From positions 4,033-68,032 of IMG/VR virus record IMGVR_UViG_3300042304_001334: a stretch of DNA of 64,000 nucleotides. One strand, given 5' to 3'. The stretch is from a virus. Taxonomy: Duplodnaviria; Caudoviricetes. The position numbers were made by a program, and so were the translations under genes. This document shows positions 49,688 through 59,620 of the stretch, one piece after another (positions within the stretch are counted from its first letter, which is position 1; each line of letters starts with the position of its first letter). The notes under the pieces are model-generated. The model did no database searches. It saw nothing but the letters and a program-made list of their open reading frames with translations, and was not told the DNA's origin.

Positions 49688-49761
49688 TTTTTTAAAGCCA
49701 TAACGTCGGTGATATGAAACTGTTCTTTTATCAAAATAGATCTCAGTTTTAAATTGCTCAT
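49684..49761 (-). CDS. 25-aa leader mini-ORF MSNLKLRSILIKEQFHITDVMALKK, out of frame with the downstream gene
   Basis: ATGA overlaps at both ends; ends at T TTA AAA AAA TGA. Confidence 0.5.
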   Translation of the reverse strand: MSNLKLRSILIKEQFHITDVMALKK

Positions 49762-50348
49762 ATTGAGAGTATATCTCTAATTTTTTGTATACTGCTCGCT
49801 GTGTCTGTGTGATGAATGGCAATGTTGCCAGACACATTTTCCCATGCTGTTATGTTATCCGGCCTGCCGTCTTCTACGTCACCGGGACCGGTGTCATCCA
49901 ACAACACATTCATAACATTCGGAATTTTTGTAGCATAGTTTGATTTCAAATAACCAGAGGTTGCAATTCTTACCTCAACCGTTGAATCAATATATTTTCT
50001 TATCCAAGCTTCTTTTTGTTTTTTAACATTGGAACCTTGTCCCGCGCTTAGTATTATGGGCGTCGGATTTTTAAAATTATCTTTTACAAAGTCCCACAAA
50101 ATTTTTGCGTCTGGTAGAGGATCTAGATTCAACCAAAAATTTGGATTTTTTTCTACAACATCCCAAAAAGCATTTTTTCCATTTTTTTTAGAATATTCTT
50201 TTGGTGTCATTGTTGTTATTTTTTTGAACCCACCATCCAAATCAACGAGAACTCCGTCCATATCTACGTATAATTGAATTTTTAATGGATTTTCACCATC
50301 TTCTTTGGCCACCGCTTCTTTCAAGATATTCTTCAGTAATATATGCAT
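49758..50348 (-). CDS. HAD-family 5'(3')-nucleotidase-like protein
   Basis: YVDMDGVLVD, FWLNL.PLPDA, KEAWI, LLDD, NI.AW...G.AIHH. Confidence 0.85.
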   Translation of the reverse strand: MHILLKNILKEAVAKEDGENPLKIQLYVDMDGVLVDLDGGFKKITTMTPKEYSKKNGKNAFWDVVEKNPNFWLNLDPLPDAKILWDFVKDNFKNPTPIILSAGQGSNVKKQKEAWIRKYIDSTVEVRIATSGYLKSNYATKIPNVMNVLLDDTGPGDVEDGRPDNITAWENVSGNIAIHHTDTASSIQKIRDILSI

Positions 50349-50385
50349 ATCTTATAAATATATCAATACTACTCAATATATCAAT

Positions 50386-50413
50386 AAAAAAACCCACCTT
50401 TCGGTGGGTTTTT
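50386..50413. terminator. intrinsic terminator after the tail sheath gene
   Basis: aaaaacccacc-tttc-ggtgggttttt. Confidence 0.88.
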
Positions 50414-50435
50414 GAGTTTAATTTTTTATACTATA

Positions 50436-53400
50436 TTAGGCGCCAGGAAAAGTAGCACCCGTTGGTAGTACATTGAAATCAAGTACAATGAATTCCGCAG
50501 TGCGTGTTGGCTGGATGAATATTTGACCATACAATATACCACGATCAACTATATCTGGAGTATTGTTACTATCATCCATAACTACTTTGAATGAATAGAT
50601 ACCGGAACGTTGTTGTACGCTCTCCAAGTATGGATTTACAATATTCAAGAAACGTTGGCGTGTCGTGCTGACGTTTTGTTCAAACACCAGATAGCGACTT
50701 GACGACGCAATGAACTTCTTCAATGCAATCAACAAACGACGTACATTGATGCGATCCAAAGCGGAAGGCTGACGTTGCAGTGTCTTTTGACCCCACGCCA
50801 CAACACCTTGTCCTGGAAACGCAGCAATTGGATTGATGCGACCTTCATATAGAGTATCGCGTTCGGTGTGAGACAATCTGTCAGCCACCGATATGGCAGT
50901 TGCAATACCGCCACGGTTTAGACCGGCAGGAGCAAACCATTCAGCCGCTACCTTGTCGTTTGAAGCATATACACCCATCATAACAACCGACGGAGGAACT
51001 GTCATTATCTTGTTGCTGTTTGATTCGCTGATCTTGACCCAAGGATAATACGATGCTGCATAATTTGTATCAAATTCACCGGCCAAATCAACAACATTTT
51101 GAATAGCAGCCGCACCAGCTGTTTGATTTGGTGCAATGTCCATGATATAAAACGCATCACCACGGCGTTCACATACATCAACGATTGATGTTGCGACGTA
51201 TGAATGATCGTCATAATTGATACCAGGTGCAACCACGAGATTGAAATCAAACTCGTCGGCATTGCTCAATGCAGAAATAGCTTGTCTATACGCATAAGTC
51301 CCACGACTTGTTGATGTAGAACAATCTAGTCCTTGTTGATTTGTTGGAAGAATATCATCTCCGATAAGAATTGGCATTGATGGAGATTGACCATCAAATC
51401 CACCTTGGAAACCAAGAATGAAACGACGTTTCTTAACATTCAAGGATTCTTGGGAAGCAACATATAGTGGAGATATTCCGCAGTCATTTTCCAGATCAAA
51501 TGCTACATTTGAATTAACAGATGCGCCTTGTGGAACTGGTGCGAAATATTGCTTGTTGTCAAGTTCAGGTCCAACCGACGATCCGTTTGGATATAATCCC
51601 GCTAATTCTGCATCTGCTTGACCAGGTGCTGGATTAAATACCACACCTGATGCATAACGACCAACTTGTAGGGTATATACAGATGCACTACAATATTGCA
51701 TTGCTGCTAATTTACCAAGACGAGCATAATCTCCACCGATTGGTGATGTATATGGACCAAATCCAAATGGAATTGAACCGACTGGCCATGGTGATGTTGC
51801 TGTTTCAACGCGAATATATTTACTCTTTTGTGGAAAAGTTCCATTTTCAATTATTTTACCATTGAAGTCTATATAGTTGTATGTATCACCAATTCGACGA
51901 GCAATAAAGTTTGGACTGTCTGGATCAATATTCAAATTATCGTAACGTTCTAAATAATTTGGTTTTAGATCAGTATCTCCATAGCCACGTAACCCAAGAG
52001 TAAATGATCCGTACTTTGTGCCTGATATTGATCCTGGACTGCGAACATTGCTGATTTCAACTTTATACATCAAGTTTGATGTGGTACCATCGCTCAAAGT
52101 ATGAACCTTGAATAGATCATAAGCCTGCGCGTCAGCTGTGTTATATCCAGCGATTGCCTGCGAACGAATATAAGGAGTATATGCGTTTGTTAGGTCATAT
52201 GTTGATGTTCCATCGGCTGGTAATATACCATCTTGGAAATCCATAGCATCGCGGAAACTAACAGAAATCTTCCAACTTCCAGATTCCAACATTTCGGTTA
52301 TTATTTGCTTTGTTTTGTGTTTGAAGTTTACATATGTATACGCCGCTTCTTTCTTTTGAAGAGCAGCTACTGGATAGTATCCAGCCACTGGATCTGTACC
52401 AAATACATTTGTGATATACTTGTTGGAATTTTCATCAAGCGAGAACTGATATGTTCCATATGATGAACTTGCGGTGTTTCCTTCGGTATCTGTGTAAATG
52501 GTATTCAGGTCCAATGAAAAATCAGCAGTAATTGATTCTGCGGACGATGTGTGTAACAAAGAACCGCTGAATCCGTATAAGTTTTGTCCTGTATCATATG
52601 CTGTGTTGGCAAGAACTGCAAGAAGAACGCTGTCGCTTCCAGTTGCATATGAAGAGCTTTCACAACCATCTTCAGTCAAACCAACGCCCGGTTGAAATCC
52701 ATTTGGATTAAACGGACCATATGAACCAGTTAGAATTCCGGAAATTTCCAGAACAAAATCACAAGCTCCGTTTACTCTGGAAATTGTCAATTCAGACAGT
52801 CTTGTATTATTCCAAGGAGACGATCCACTGACAAGGAACGGAGTATTATTGATAGACGCAGTTGCGCGGAAATAATCCAAACATCCGTCAGAACCAGTCA
52901 CCGCACCATAAAGATTTGTTGATGAACTTAAAAACGTTCTGAGTTGAAGTGTTCCGATAACATTTGATTCATTCATATAATATCCACTTTCAAATGTTGC
53001 ATTTACGCTTCCTGTGATATTAAATTGACTATTAACAACAGAATTTGGATAAATTGTACCGGACAACAACGATCCAGAAACAATTGAATTCTCTTGAAAA
53101 CGAGAATATTGTCCAGCAATTGCAGTGACAAACAATGCTTTTTTCTGTTCGTAGCCAGACAATCCACCGACGCGAACGACGGTGACTTGACCTTGCTGAC
53201 GAATATATTGTTGTGCAGTAATTGGACCATACAATGTACCATCGGTATCGCCGAAGATATTAGCTAAGTCCGCCTCGCTGGTAACTACGGTTGGTGAAAA
53301 CCCCGGTCCTTTTGGGAACGGGGCGACTACCACGCCGCCGATTGCTGCCACACCCTGTGCAAGAAACGATTGATCAATTTCTCTGGTGAATACACCAGGT

Positions 53401-53450
53401 GAAACGATACGTTCTGAAGGGCTATAATTTCCATTTTGTTCGATTGCCAT
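50436..53450 (-). CDS. gp18: contractile tail sheath protein, gp18-like
   Basis: SPGVFTREID, WFAPAGLNRG, INPI..FPG.G...WGQKT, DRINVRRL, QPTRTAEFI. Confidence 0.97.
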   Translation of the reverse strand: MAIEQNGNYSPSERIVSPGVFTREIDQSFLAQGVAAIGGVVVAPFPKGPGFSPTVVTSEADLANIFGDTDGTLYGPITAQQYIRQQGQVTVVRVGGLSGYEQKKALFVTAIAGQYSRFQENSIVSGSLLSGTIYPNSVVNSQFNITGSVNATFESGYYMNESNVIGTLQLRTFLSSSTNLYGAVTGSDGCLDYFRATASINNTPFLVSGSSPWNNTRLSELTISRVNGACDFVLEISGILTGSYGPFNPNGFQPGVGLTEDGCESSSYATGSDSVLLAVLANTAYDTGQNLYGFSGSLLHTSSAESITADFSLDLNTIYTDTEGNTASSSYGTYQFSLDENSNKYITNVFGTDPVAGYYPVAALQKKEAAYTYVNFKHKTKQIITEMLESGSWKISVSFRDAMDFQDGILPADGTSTYDLTNAYTPYIRSQAIAGYNTADAQAYDLFKVHTLSDGTTSNLMYKVEISNVRSPGSISGTKYGSFTLGLRGYGDTDLKPNYLERYDNLNIDPDSPNFIARRIGDTYNYIDFNGKIIENGTFPQKSKYIRVETATSPWPVGSIPFGFGPYTSPIGGDYARLGKLAAMQYCSASVYTLQVGRYASGVVFNPAPGQADAELAGLYPNGSSVGPELDNKQYFAPVPQGASVNSNVAFDLENDCGISPLYVASQESLNVKKRRFILGFQGGFDGQSPSMPILIGDDILPTNQQGLDCSTSTSRGTYAYRQAISALSNADEFDFNLVVAPGINYDDHSYVATSIVDVCERRGDAFYIMDIAPNQTAGAAAIQNVVDLAGEFDTNYAASYYPWVKISESNSNKIMTVPPSVVMMGVYASNDKVAAEWFAPAGLNRGGIATAISVADRLSHTERDTLYEGRINPIAAFPGQGVVAWGQKTLQRQPSALDRINVRRLLIALKKFIASSSRYLVFEQNVSTTRQRFLNIVNPYLESVQQRSGIYSFKVVMDDSNNTPDIVDRGILYGQIFIQPTRTAEFIVLDFNVLPTGATFPGA

Positions 53451-53515
53451 ATATTAATTTTTTACTCCTGTATAAAAGTTGCAAATATAAATATGACCGG
53501 AGAAATTGAAACAAT

Positions 53516-53543
53516 AAAAAATCCTCCAAATTAATGGAGGATT
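53516..53543 (-). terminator. intrinsic terminator
   Basis: aatcctcca/tggaggatt with U tract on the minus strand. Confidence 0.7.
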
Positions 53544-53569
53544 ATAGTATTATAGTATTTTTACAAATA

Positions 53570-53953
53570 TCAACGTTTTGGAGTAAATATGCCTGTATTA
53601 ACATCAAAAGTGCCTTCTCCATACTTGGCAACAATCTTGTCCAAAAATAATTTTTCTTGTGCCTCAATGGCAGTCAATCTTTCTAATGTTCGTTTTTCGT
53701 TCTTGTTTATTTCGCGCTTTTGCATTTCAACTTGACCAAGTGCAATGGTCAATTGATCATATACTTCACGAATATTATTCATTTCAGACAGTTCGTTTTG
53801 ATCAAATACGACAGGTCCAAGATTTTGAGAAGGAATATTAAAATTTGGAATATTTTGATTGGCGGCGCTTTGAGGAAATTGCATTCCTGTGTTGGGCTGC
53901 GATGGCATTCCAAAATTTGATTGAGGTGCTTGAGCTGGTTGATTTAGTTCCAT
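53570..53953 (-). CDS. hypothetical protein
   Basis: Q/P/N-rich N-terminus, coiled coil, KYGEGTFDVNTGIFTP end. Confidence 0.75.
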   Translation of the reverse strand: MELNQPAQAPQSNFGMPSQPNTGMQFPQSAANQNIPNFNIPSQNLGPVVFDQNELSEMNNIREVYDQLTIALGQVEMQKREINKNEKRTLERLTAIEAQEKLFLDKIVAKYGEGTFDVNTGIFTPKR

Positions 53954-54033
53954 ATAGTTTTATAACATTTATTGTTGAATTGTTTCATTCATATATATGG
54001 ATTAAAAATTGTAAAATGTTGTTATAATAACTA

Positions 54034-55305
54034 TCACACACTTAAATTGTGTTTATTTATATATTCGATCATGTATTTTTTCTTGGCGACTGGACCCGGA
54101 CCAAATCCAGCAAAGTGGATAACAACGGAATTTTCATCATGAAATTTATATTCCGTAGAAATATTAACATTATTCCAAAAATCTGATGGAGGAGGTTTAG
54201 TAAAATTACTCTTAGAAGCTCCAGAAACTATCAATCTTTTTTGTTTCAATTCGGAAGTTAATTTATGATTGTAAAATCTTGCCGCACCAGAAGAGTCACT
54301 TGTTTCGTCAGTCTCACCCGTGCCAGACGATCCACTTGTTCCCGCTGTGCCGTCTGGGTCTCCGAAGAAATCGAAAAAATTAAAATTTCTACGTTCTCCC
54401 TTCCAATAAATTCCTACGACACATATTAATTTGTTGACACCGTCACTTGAAAGAAGCTTTACAAGATCGCGAAATACAAAATAATAATTCATAAACGATT
54501 GTTCGTAAAAATATGGACCTGGCCAAGCACTTGCAAGCCATCTAACGTTGTCAAAATGCATACGCATTTTTAACGAATTTATCATAAAAAACTGACCAGC
54601 ATTAAACGGCATAATTTTGGAGCGATTGCTGTAAAAAAAATTCGCATCTTTATCCGAAATATGCATTATTCCAAAAGGAATAAGTGTAAGAGTTTGCATT
54701 CTTGTAAATTCGGAACGTGACACATAAAGAGTGTTTGATGCAAATTGCTGATTGAATATTTTGTTCAAGTCCATAACACATAAAGAATCAATGTCCAAAA
54801 ACAAAATTTTTCTATACTGATTTATATTTTCGTAATCAAAAATATTTAATTTTTTCATCGACGCATCCGGACCATCCTCGACAGGTGGTAAAATCATATA
54901 ATTTACATTGAAAAATGAAAGAACCGACAAAGAAGATATTTTTTCTTTTGTCTCGGAGTCCGTTATTAACAATAAATCAAAGTCAATCAATTGCGTGTTT
55001 GATACTATGCTATTCAAACACATGTTTAATATGTCGATATAGTCGTCGTTCAAAAATGCCGAAAAGTATAAAAGATTTTTTTTTCCATAAATTTCGTCGG
55101 TTATTGATTCTGCGAGTTCATATCTCTTGTTCAAATGCTCAACGATAAGATCTTTATCACATTCTATATTTTTGTATAAACAAGATTTATTTACTCTGAC
55201 AGTATTTTTTAAATTTTCTAATAAACTCAAATTGTAGGTGCTTGTAGAACACCCTCGCAACTTTATGTTGTTTATTATAACCGTTTTTTGATTTGAATCT
55301 ATCAT
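54034..55305 (-). CDS. GT8-like glycosyltransferase
   Basis: KILFLDID, FNAGQF, EQSFMNYYF, IHFAG. Confidence 0.8.
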   Translation of the reverse strand: MIDSNQKTVIINNIKLRGCSTSTYNLSLLENLKNTVRVNKSCLYKNIECDKDLIVEHLNKRYELAESITDEIYGKKNLLYFSAFLNDDYIDILNMCLNSIVSNTQLIDFDLLLITDSETKEKISSLSVLSFFNVNYMILPPVEDGPDASMKKLNIFDYENINQYRKILFLDIDSLCVMDLNKIFNQQFASNTLYVSRSEFTRMQTLTLIPFGIMHISDKDANFFYSNRSKIMPFNAGQFFMINSLKMRMHFDNVRWLASAWPGPYFYEQSFMNYYFVFRDLVKLLSSDGVNKLICVVGIYWKGERRNFNFFDFFGDPDGTAGTSGSSGTGETDETSDSSGAARFYNHKLTSELKQKRLIVSGASKSNFTKPPPSDFWNNVNISTEYKFHDENSVVIHFAGFGPGPVAKKKYMIEYINKHNLSV

Positions 55306-55310
55306 ATGCT

Positions 55311-55949
55311 CTATAATTCCGAGCTATAGCCAAAATTATCAAAGTCTTCTTTATAAAAGTTATATATTGTATTTTTTGTTTCTGGTGTGAAAAAATCTTG
55401 ATATGGAGTAGCATCCGAACTTTTGTTTGACCATAAATAATTTTTATACTCAACCGATGTTTTACTTGTGAGCATTTCCCAACAAGGAGTCATATTTTCA
55501 AACTTGAAGATTTCAATATTCGACGCAATTGCACCAGATTCATTTTTTAAAAATATAGATTGCGTTTCTAAGTGCCCATCAAACATTTTAATTCTTTTGG
55601 TTACATCTGTGTTTAATTTTTCAATAAAAGATTCAAATGTACCGGGATCATGTTCCGGTTTTTTTGTTTTTAAAAACAAATTTTTTCTGTATTTATATTC
55701 CGACACAAATCTTGAATATGGATTTCTTACAACGGAGAATGTGTAAAAATTTTCCCAATTTATAGCCAACTCACTTTTCAATTCACAATATGTAAAATGT
55801 TGTGGAGTTTTGAGTTGCCCCGTTTTCAATCTTGATTTAAAATCATAATATTCTTGTGGAGTGCATGTACCCAACATTTTTTCAATTGTTGTACCCGCAC
55901 ATTTTGGAATATGAATGAATACTGTTTTATATGTGTAACTTATAGGCAT
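55311..55949 (-). CDS. sulfotransferase (family 2-like)
   Basis: PAPS-binding FIHIPKCAGTTI and VRNPYSRFVSEY, FKFE, YKEDFDNFGY. Confidence 0.9.
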   Translation of the reverse strand: MPISYTYKTVFIHIPKCAGTTIEKMLGTCTPQEYYDFKSRLKTGQLKTPQHFTYCELKSELAINWENFYTFSVVRNPYSRFVSEYKYRKNLFLKTKKPEHDPGTFESFIEKLNTDVTKRIKMFDGHLETQSIFLKNESGAIASNIEIFKFENMTPCWEMLTSKTSVEYKNYLWSNKSSDATPYQDFFTPETKNTIYNFYKEDFDNFGYSSEL

Positions 55950-57093
55950 TTGTATAAAGATTTATAAATGATTTTTTATTAAAACTGTTTGGAAGTTTGG
56001 CTGCGAAATGTATTGCAACTGTACGGTCTCCATGCATTTGAACCAGATTTTTTACTATTCCATCGACACTATTAGCGTTCGTCTTCAATTCTTTTTTTAA
56101 GAAATTGCTCAATGTAGCTCCACTCACTTGTAATTTGGACTCAACATTTTTATTGTTTTCATTGTATGTAACAGCAACCAACTGCTGCTCAATCATTGGC
56201 ATATCCGGCATATTCGGTATATCATCTGGAAAAAGTTTGAATTTTACACTCAATAAACTTGTAAGTGACTTTAGTGCAAAATAATAATTCATGAACGATT
56301 GTTCGTAAAAATATTCACCCGTCCACACATTTTTCAACCATATTACATTATTAAAATGATTTTTCATTCTTGAAGAATTTAAAAACAAAAATTGACCCGC
56401 ATTGAATGCTGTAATATTTGGGTTTTCATTCATAGTCATTGCGTCCAATTCACTCAAGTGCATAATCCCGTGTGTAACAGATGTCAAAAGATTGGAAGTA
56501 CTTGTTGGGGTATAACAAATATAAAGTTTTTCCGGCACCAATTCTTTCTGAAAAATTATATTCAAGTCGCTTATACAGATAATGTCAGCATCAAAAAATA
56601 ATATTTTTGAATAATCATATATTTTTTTGTAATCAAATATGTTCAATTTTTTCAATGAAGCGAGTGGACCGGTGTCAACCTTTTCCGATAGCAGCATATA
56701 ATCCACATTAAACTTGGATATAATGTCAAATGCTTCTATCTTCACCTTTGTTGCAGCGTCTGTTATAAACAATATATCAAAATTTACAGTTGGTGTGTTT
56801 GAAATAATGCTTTTTAGGCACATATATAACAGATCAACATATTCATCACTTAAAAATATTGAAAAATACAAAAGATTTTTTCCTCCACTATAAACAATAT
56901 CTTCTTCGTTTTTTACACTCAAGTATTTTTGATGCACATGATGAAGTATCAAATCTTTTTCTCCGTTGGAGTCATTATAAAATTTCATTCGGTTCTTAGT
57001 CATCAACGACCGTAATTTTGAAAGCTGATACTTATTATTTTCCGACGCCGGTGACGCCTCTGCTATTATTTTTTGAATATTTTCGTCGATCAT
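55927..57093 (-). CDS. GT8-like glycosyltransferase, paralog of 54034-55305
   Basis: KILFFDAD, FNAGQF, EQSFMNYYF, IHFA. Confidence 0.8.
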   Translation of the reverse strand: MIDENIQKIIAEASPASENNKYQLSKLRSLMTKNRMKFYNDSNGEKDLILHHVHQKYLSVKNEEDIVYSGGKNLLYFSIFLSDEYVDLLYMCLKSIISNTPTVNFDILFITDAATKVKIEAFDIISKFNVDYMLLSEKVDTGPLASLKKLNIFDYKKIYDYSKILFFDADIICISDLNIIFQKELVPEKLYICYTPTSTSNLLTSVTHGIMHLSELDAMTMNENPNITAFNAGQFLFLNSSRMKNHFNNVIWLKNVWTGEYFYEQSFMNYYFALKSLTSLLSVKFKLFPDDIPNMPDMPMIEQQLVAVTYNENNKNVESKLQVSGATLSNFLKKELKTNANSVDGIVKNLVQMHGDRTVAIHFAAKLPNSFNKKSFINLYTNAYKLHI

Positions 57094-57096
57094 ATA

Positions 57097-57873
57097 TTAT
57101 GCGAGTTCTGGAATAATGCTCCAAAGTTTTTTCCAATCTATCATTTTATCTCTGTTTGCTTCAAATTGCATATGCATGGCTAAACTTGGCATTGGGGTAA
57201 ATAGTTGAACTTTTTCATTTGACCACACGTGATTTATTGTAGTAGCTTCACATACATCAGCATCTTTGGTATAGTTGTTTGCAAACTTTTCAAAATGCTG
57301 CCATCCACGATTTATAACACCGGGCGTGGTAAAAAAAGTGCAAGTTGTATAATAATTCGTTCTCCAATGACGACTATTGTGTTGAACTATATTAGATGGT
57401 TGCATATATTTCAATAAATAGTTGTCTGGGTCATCAAATGGGTGAACTGCAACATCTTTTGTACCGTTAAATTGAGAAAATGCATACTTATAAAAATGCT
57501 CCATTTCAGCTATTGCGTTTGGAAAATGTAGATAATCGTCTTCAACACAATATACCATTGTTTTTTCACTGTCTCTGGCAAGTTCAAAATATTGAAGCGT
57601 AGCTTCGTTATAATCTCGCTTTTCACGCACAATCAATTCAGATGGATGCTTATATGATTGAAGTATTTTTTGGATTGCATTTATGCAATCTTCACTGCTG
57701 GCGTCATCAATTATTGTTATTTTCGTGCCATTATCACGACCAGAAACTGAACATAAGATGCTGGAAAGGCATTTTAATATAAGTGTCTTTTTATCTGTTC
57801 TACAAAATCTTTCATTGTTGCTGCCATGAACAGATTCTCCATCGCACGTTTTTATAATAATTTCTAAGCTCAT
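57097..57873 (-). CDS. GT2-like glycosyltransferase
   Basis: IIDDASS, YCVEDDYLH; start chosen at MSLEII. Confidence 0.75.
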   Translation of the reverse strand: MSLEIIIKTCDGESVHGSNNERFCRTDKKTLILKCLSSILCSVSGRDNGTKITIIDDASSEDCINAIQKILQSYKHPSELIVREKRDYNEATLQYFELARDSEKTMVYCVEDDYLHFPNAIAEMEHFYKYAFSQFNGTKDVAVHPFDDPDNYLLKYMQPSNIVQHNSRHWRTNYYTTCTFFTTPGVINRGWQHFEKFANNYTKDADVCEATTINHVWSNEKVQLFTPMPSLAMHMQFEANRDKMIDWKKLWSIIPELA

Positions 57874-57923
57874 AGATATATATCTGATCATATATATCAA
57901 ATGTTGTCAATTCTAAATTATTA

Positions 57924-57952
57924 TTGACATTCGTAGCCAATAATACCACCAT
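57924..57952 (+). promoter_or_regulatory. sigma70-like promoter TTGACA-N17-CACCAT, likely leaderless
   Basis: 6 nt before the ATG at 57959. Confidence 0.6.
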
Positions 57953-57958
57953 ATGATC

Positions 57959-58969
57959 ATGTTTCAAGAAAATGATAAAGGATTGGATCAAGCACTGGAA
58001 TATTCTATACACGGAAAGTCCGACGGAAAAAGCATTTTGATGTCGCTAAACCAAGATGATCCAAGGGTGAGATTTAACCTTGGTTGGTATAATATGCAAG
58101 ATGGTAGATTATATGAAGGACAAAAAAATCTTGAATATGGAAGATTATTGAATGTTTTTGGTGGGGCAAAAAATATAAATGCTCCAATATATGACGGAAG
58201 TTCATTGGTTGGAAAAACACTTTTATTTCATGGAGAAGGTGGATATGGAGATGAAATAATCAATATAAGATTTGCAAAAAATTTTCATGAACTTGGTGCA
58301 AAAGTGATAGTTGGATGCAGCAAAGAGCTTTTTCCATTATTTGAAAATCTACCATATATTCATGCCATGGTTGATAGAGATGTTTGCAATAAAGTATATC
58401 ATCATTGTTGGGTGCCATCTATGTCTTCAACAATGCATCTAAAGATGGAATATTCAAATTTAAGCAGCGAGCCGTATTTGAATATATTCAACAAACGATG
58501 GGTTCCAAAAAATAAATCAAAATTTAAAGTTGGATTAAGATGGAGCGGAAATCCAAAATTTGAACATGAGCAGCACAGAAAATTTCCAACTCAAAAAATG
58601 CTGGATATTGCAAAAATAGAAGGAGCAACATACTATAGTTTGCAGCGAGACAATGATTTGATGGAAAACATTCCGTGTATAGATATGATATATGAAATGA
58701 AAAACTGGAAAGATACAGCAGAAATAATATCCAGCATGGATCTGATCATAACATCATGCACAAGCATTGCACATTTGTCGGCTGCAATGGGAAAAGATAC
58801 TTGGGTAATACCGCCAATACTTCCGTATTATATATGGGCACTACCGCAAAATACATCACCTTGGTACAAAAATGTCAAATTGTATAGACAAACAGAATAT
58901 GGAAACTGGGATGATCCGTTTGAAAAAATAAAGACAGATCTAAAATCTATACTGGCTAATATTAGTTAG
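57959..58969 (+). CDS. GT-B (GT9-like) glycosyltransferase of the TPR-associated type
   Basis: EGGYGDEI...RF, KVGLRWSGNP, DLIITSCTSIAHLSAAMGK.TW, SPWY. Confidence 0.85.
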   Translation: MFQENDKGLDQALEYSIHGKSDGKSILMSLNQDDPRVRFNLGWYNMQDGRLYEGQKNLEYGRLLNVFGGAKNINAPIYDGSSLVGKTLLFHGEGGYGDEIINIRFAKNFHELGAKVIVGCSKELFPLFENLPYIHAMVDRDVCNKVYHHCWVPSMSSTMHLKMEYSNLSSEPYLNIFNKRWVPKNKSKFKVGLRWSGNPKFEHEQHRKFPTQKMLDIAKIEGATYYSLQRDNDLMENIPCIDMIYEMKNWKDTAEIISSMDLIITSCTSIAHLSAAMGKDTWVIPPILPYYIWALPQNTSPWYKNVKLYRQTEYGNWDDPFEKIKTDLKSILANIS

Positions 58970-59591
58970 TCAGATTCAGCAATGGATCTGTTGGTTTTTC
59001 TAAAAGATTTTCTTTATTTTTTAAAGCCAATAAAAGAGTATTGTCTTCTAGTAATATTGTGCCTTCTGGGACCAATCCAACTGATTTTAACATTTCTAAT
59101 GTTTGAGGATTGCTCATTGCGTTCAATAGCTTTGCTGGACTTGGTCGGCCATTTGCAATAATTTCAGATTGCAACTCGCGACCAACAGTTACAGTAAATT
59201 CGAGGTTGGCATTGGCTTCAAACATTTGATCATCTGTATAGCCGGGTATGCGAGTCTTTTCACAAACAACATATAGTTCTGCTATTAGATTTTCTAGTAT
59301 TTTGATTTCATTACGATTTAGTTCAAATGCATGTTTTTGATCATCTAGATGTGATTCTAATTCTAGTATCTCGGCCTCTAGATTCAATAATATATGTGGT
59401 AGCGCAGGTACTGTCAGCAGATGCTTATATTCAGCAAGTTTTGCTTTGTATTTTAGTTCAGCACATTTTTCCAATACTGCTGCTCGTTTGCGTCCTACCA
59501 AAAACCCTTGCAGGGTCTTGAGTTTCTCCCATGGAGTACTACCAATGACTTGGTATTTATAATTGAATTCAGAATTTAAGTTTGATGCCAT
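58962..59591 (-). CDS. hypothetical protein of the tail-fibre region
   Basis: 209 aa, coiled-coil-like. Confidence 0.75.
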   Translation of the reverse strand: MASNLNSEFNYKYQVIGSTPWEKLKTLQGFLVGRKRAAVLEKCAELKYKAKLAEYKHLLTVPALPHILLNLEAEILELESHLDDQKHAFELNRNEIKILENLIAELYVVCEKTRIPGYTDDQMFEANANLEFTVTVGRELQSEIIANGRPSPAKLLNAMSNPQTLEMLKSVGLVPEGTILLEDNTLLLALKNKENLLEKPTDPLLNLTN

Positions 59592-59620
59592 AATATTTTA
59601 TAACCTATTGTTTTTGTTTT

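Noticed and set aside
49688-49837. ORF-track N-terminal extensions (49837, also 44400, 47095, 34141, 18388)
   Set aside because: They overlap upstream genes or promoters; downstream starts fit signal peptides, ATGA coupling or promoter spacing better.
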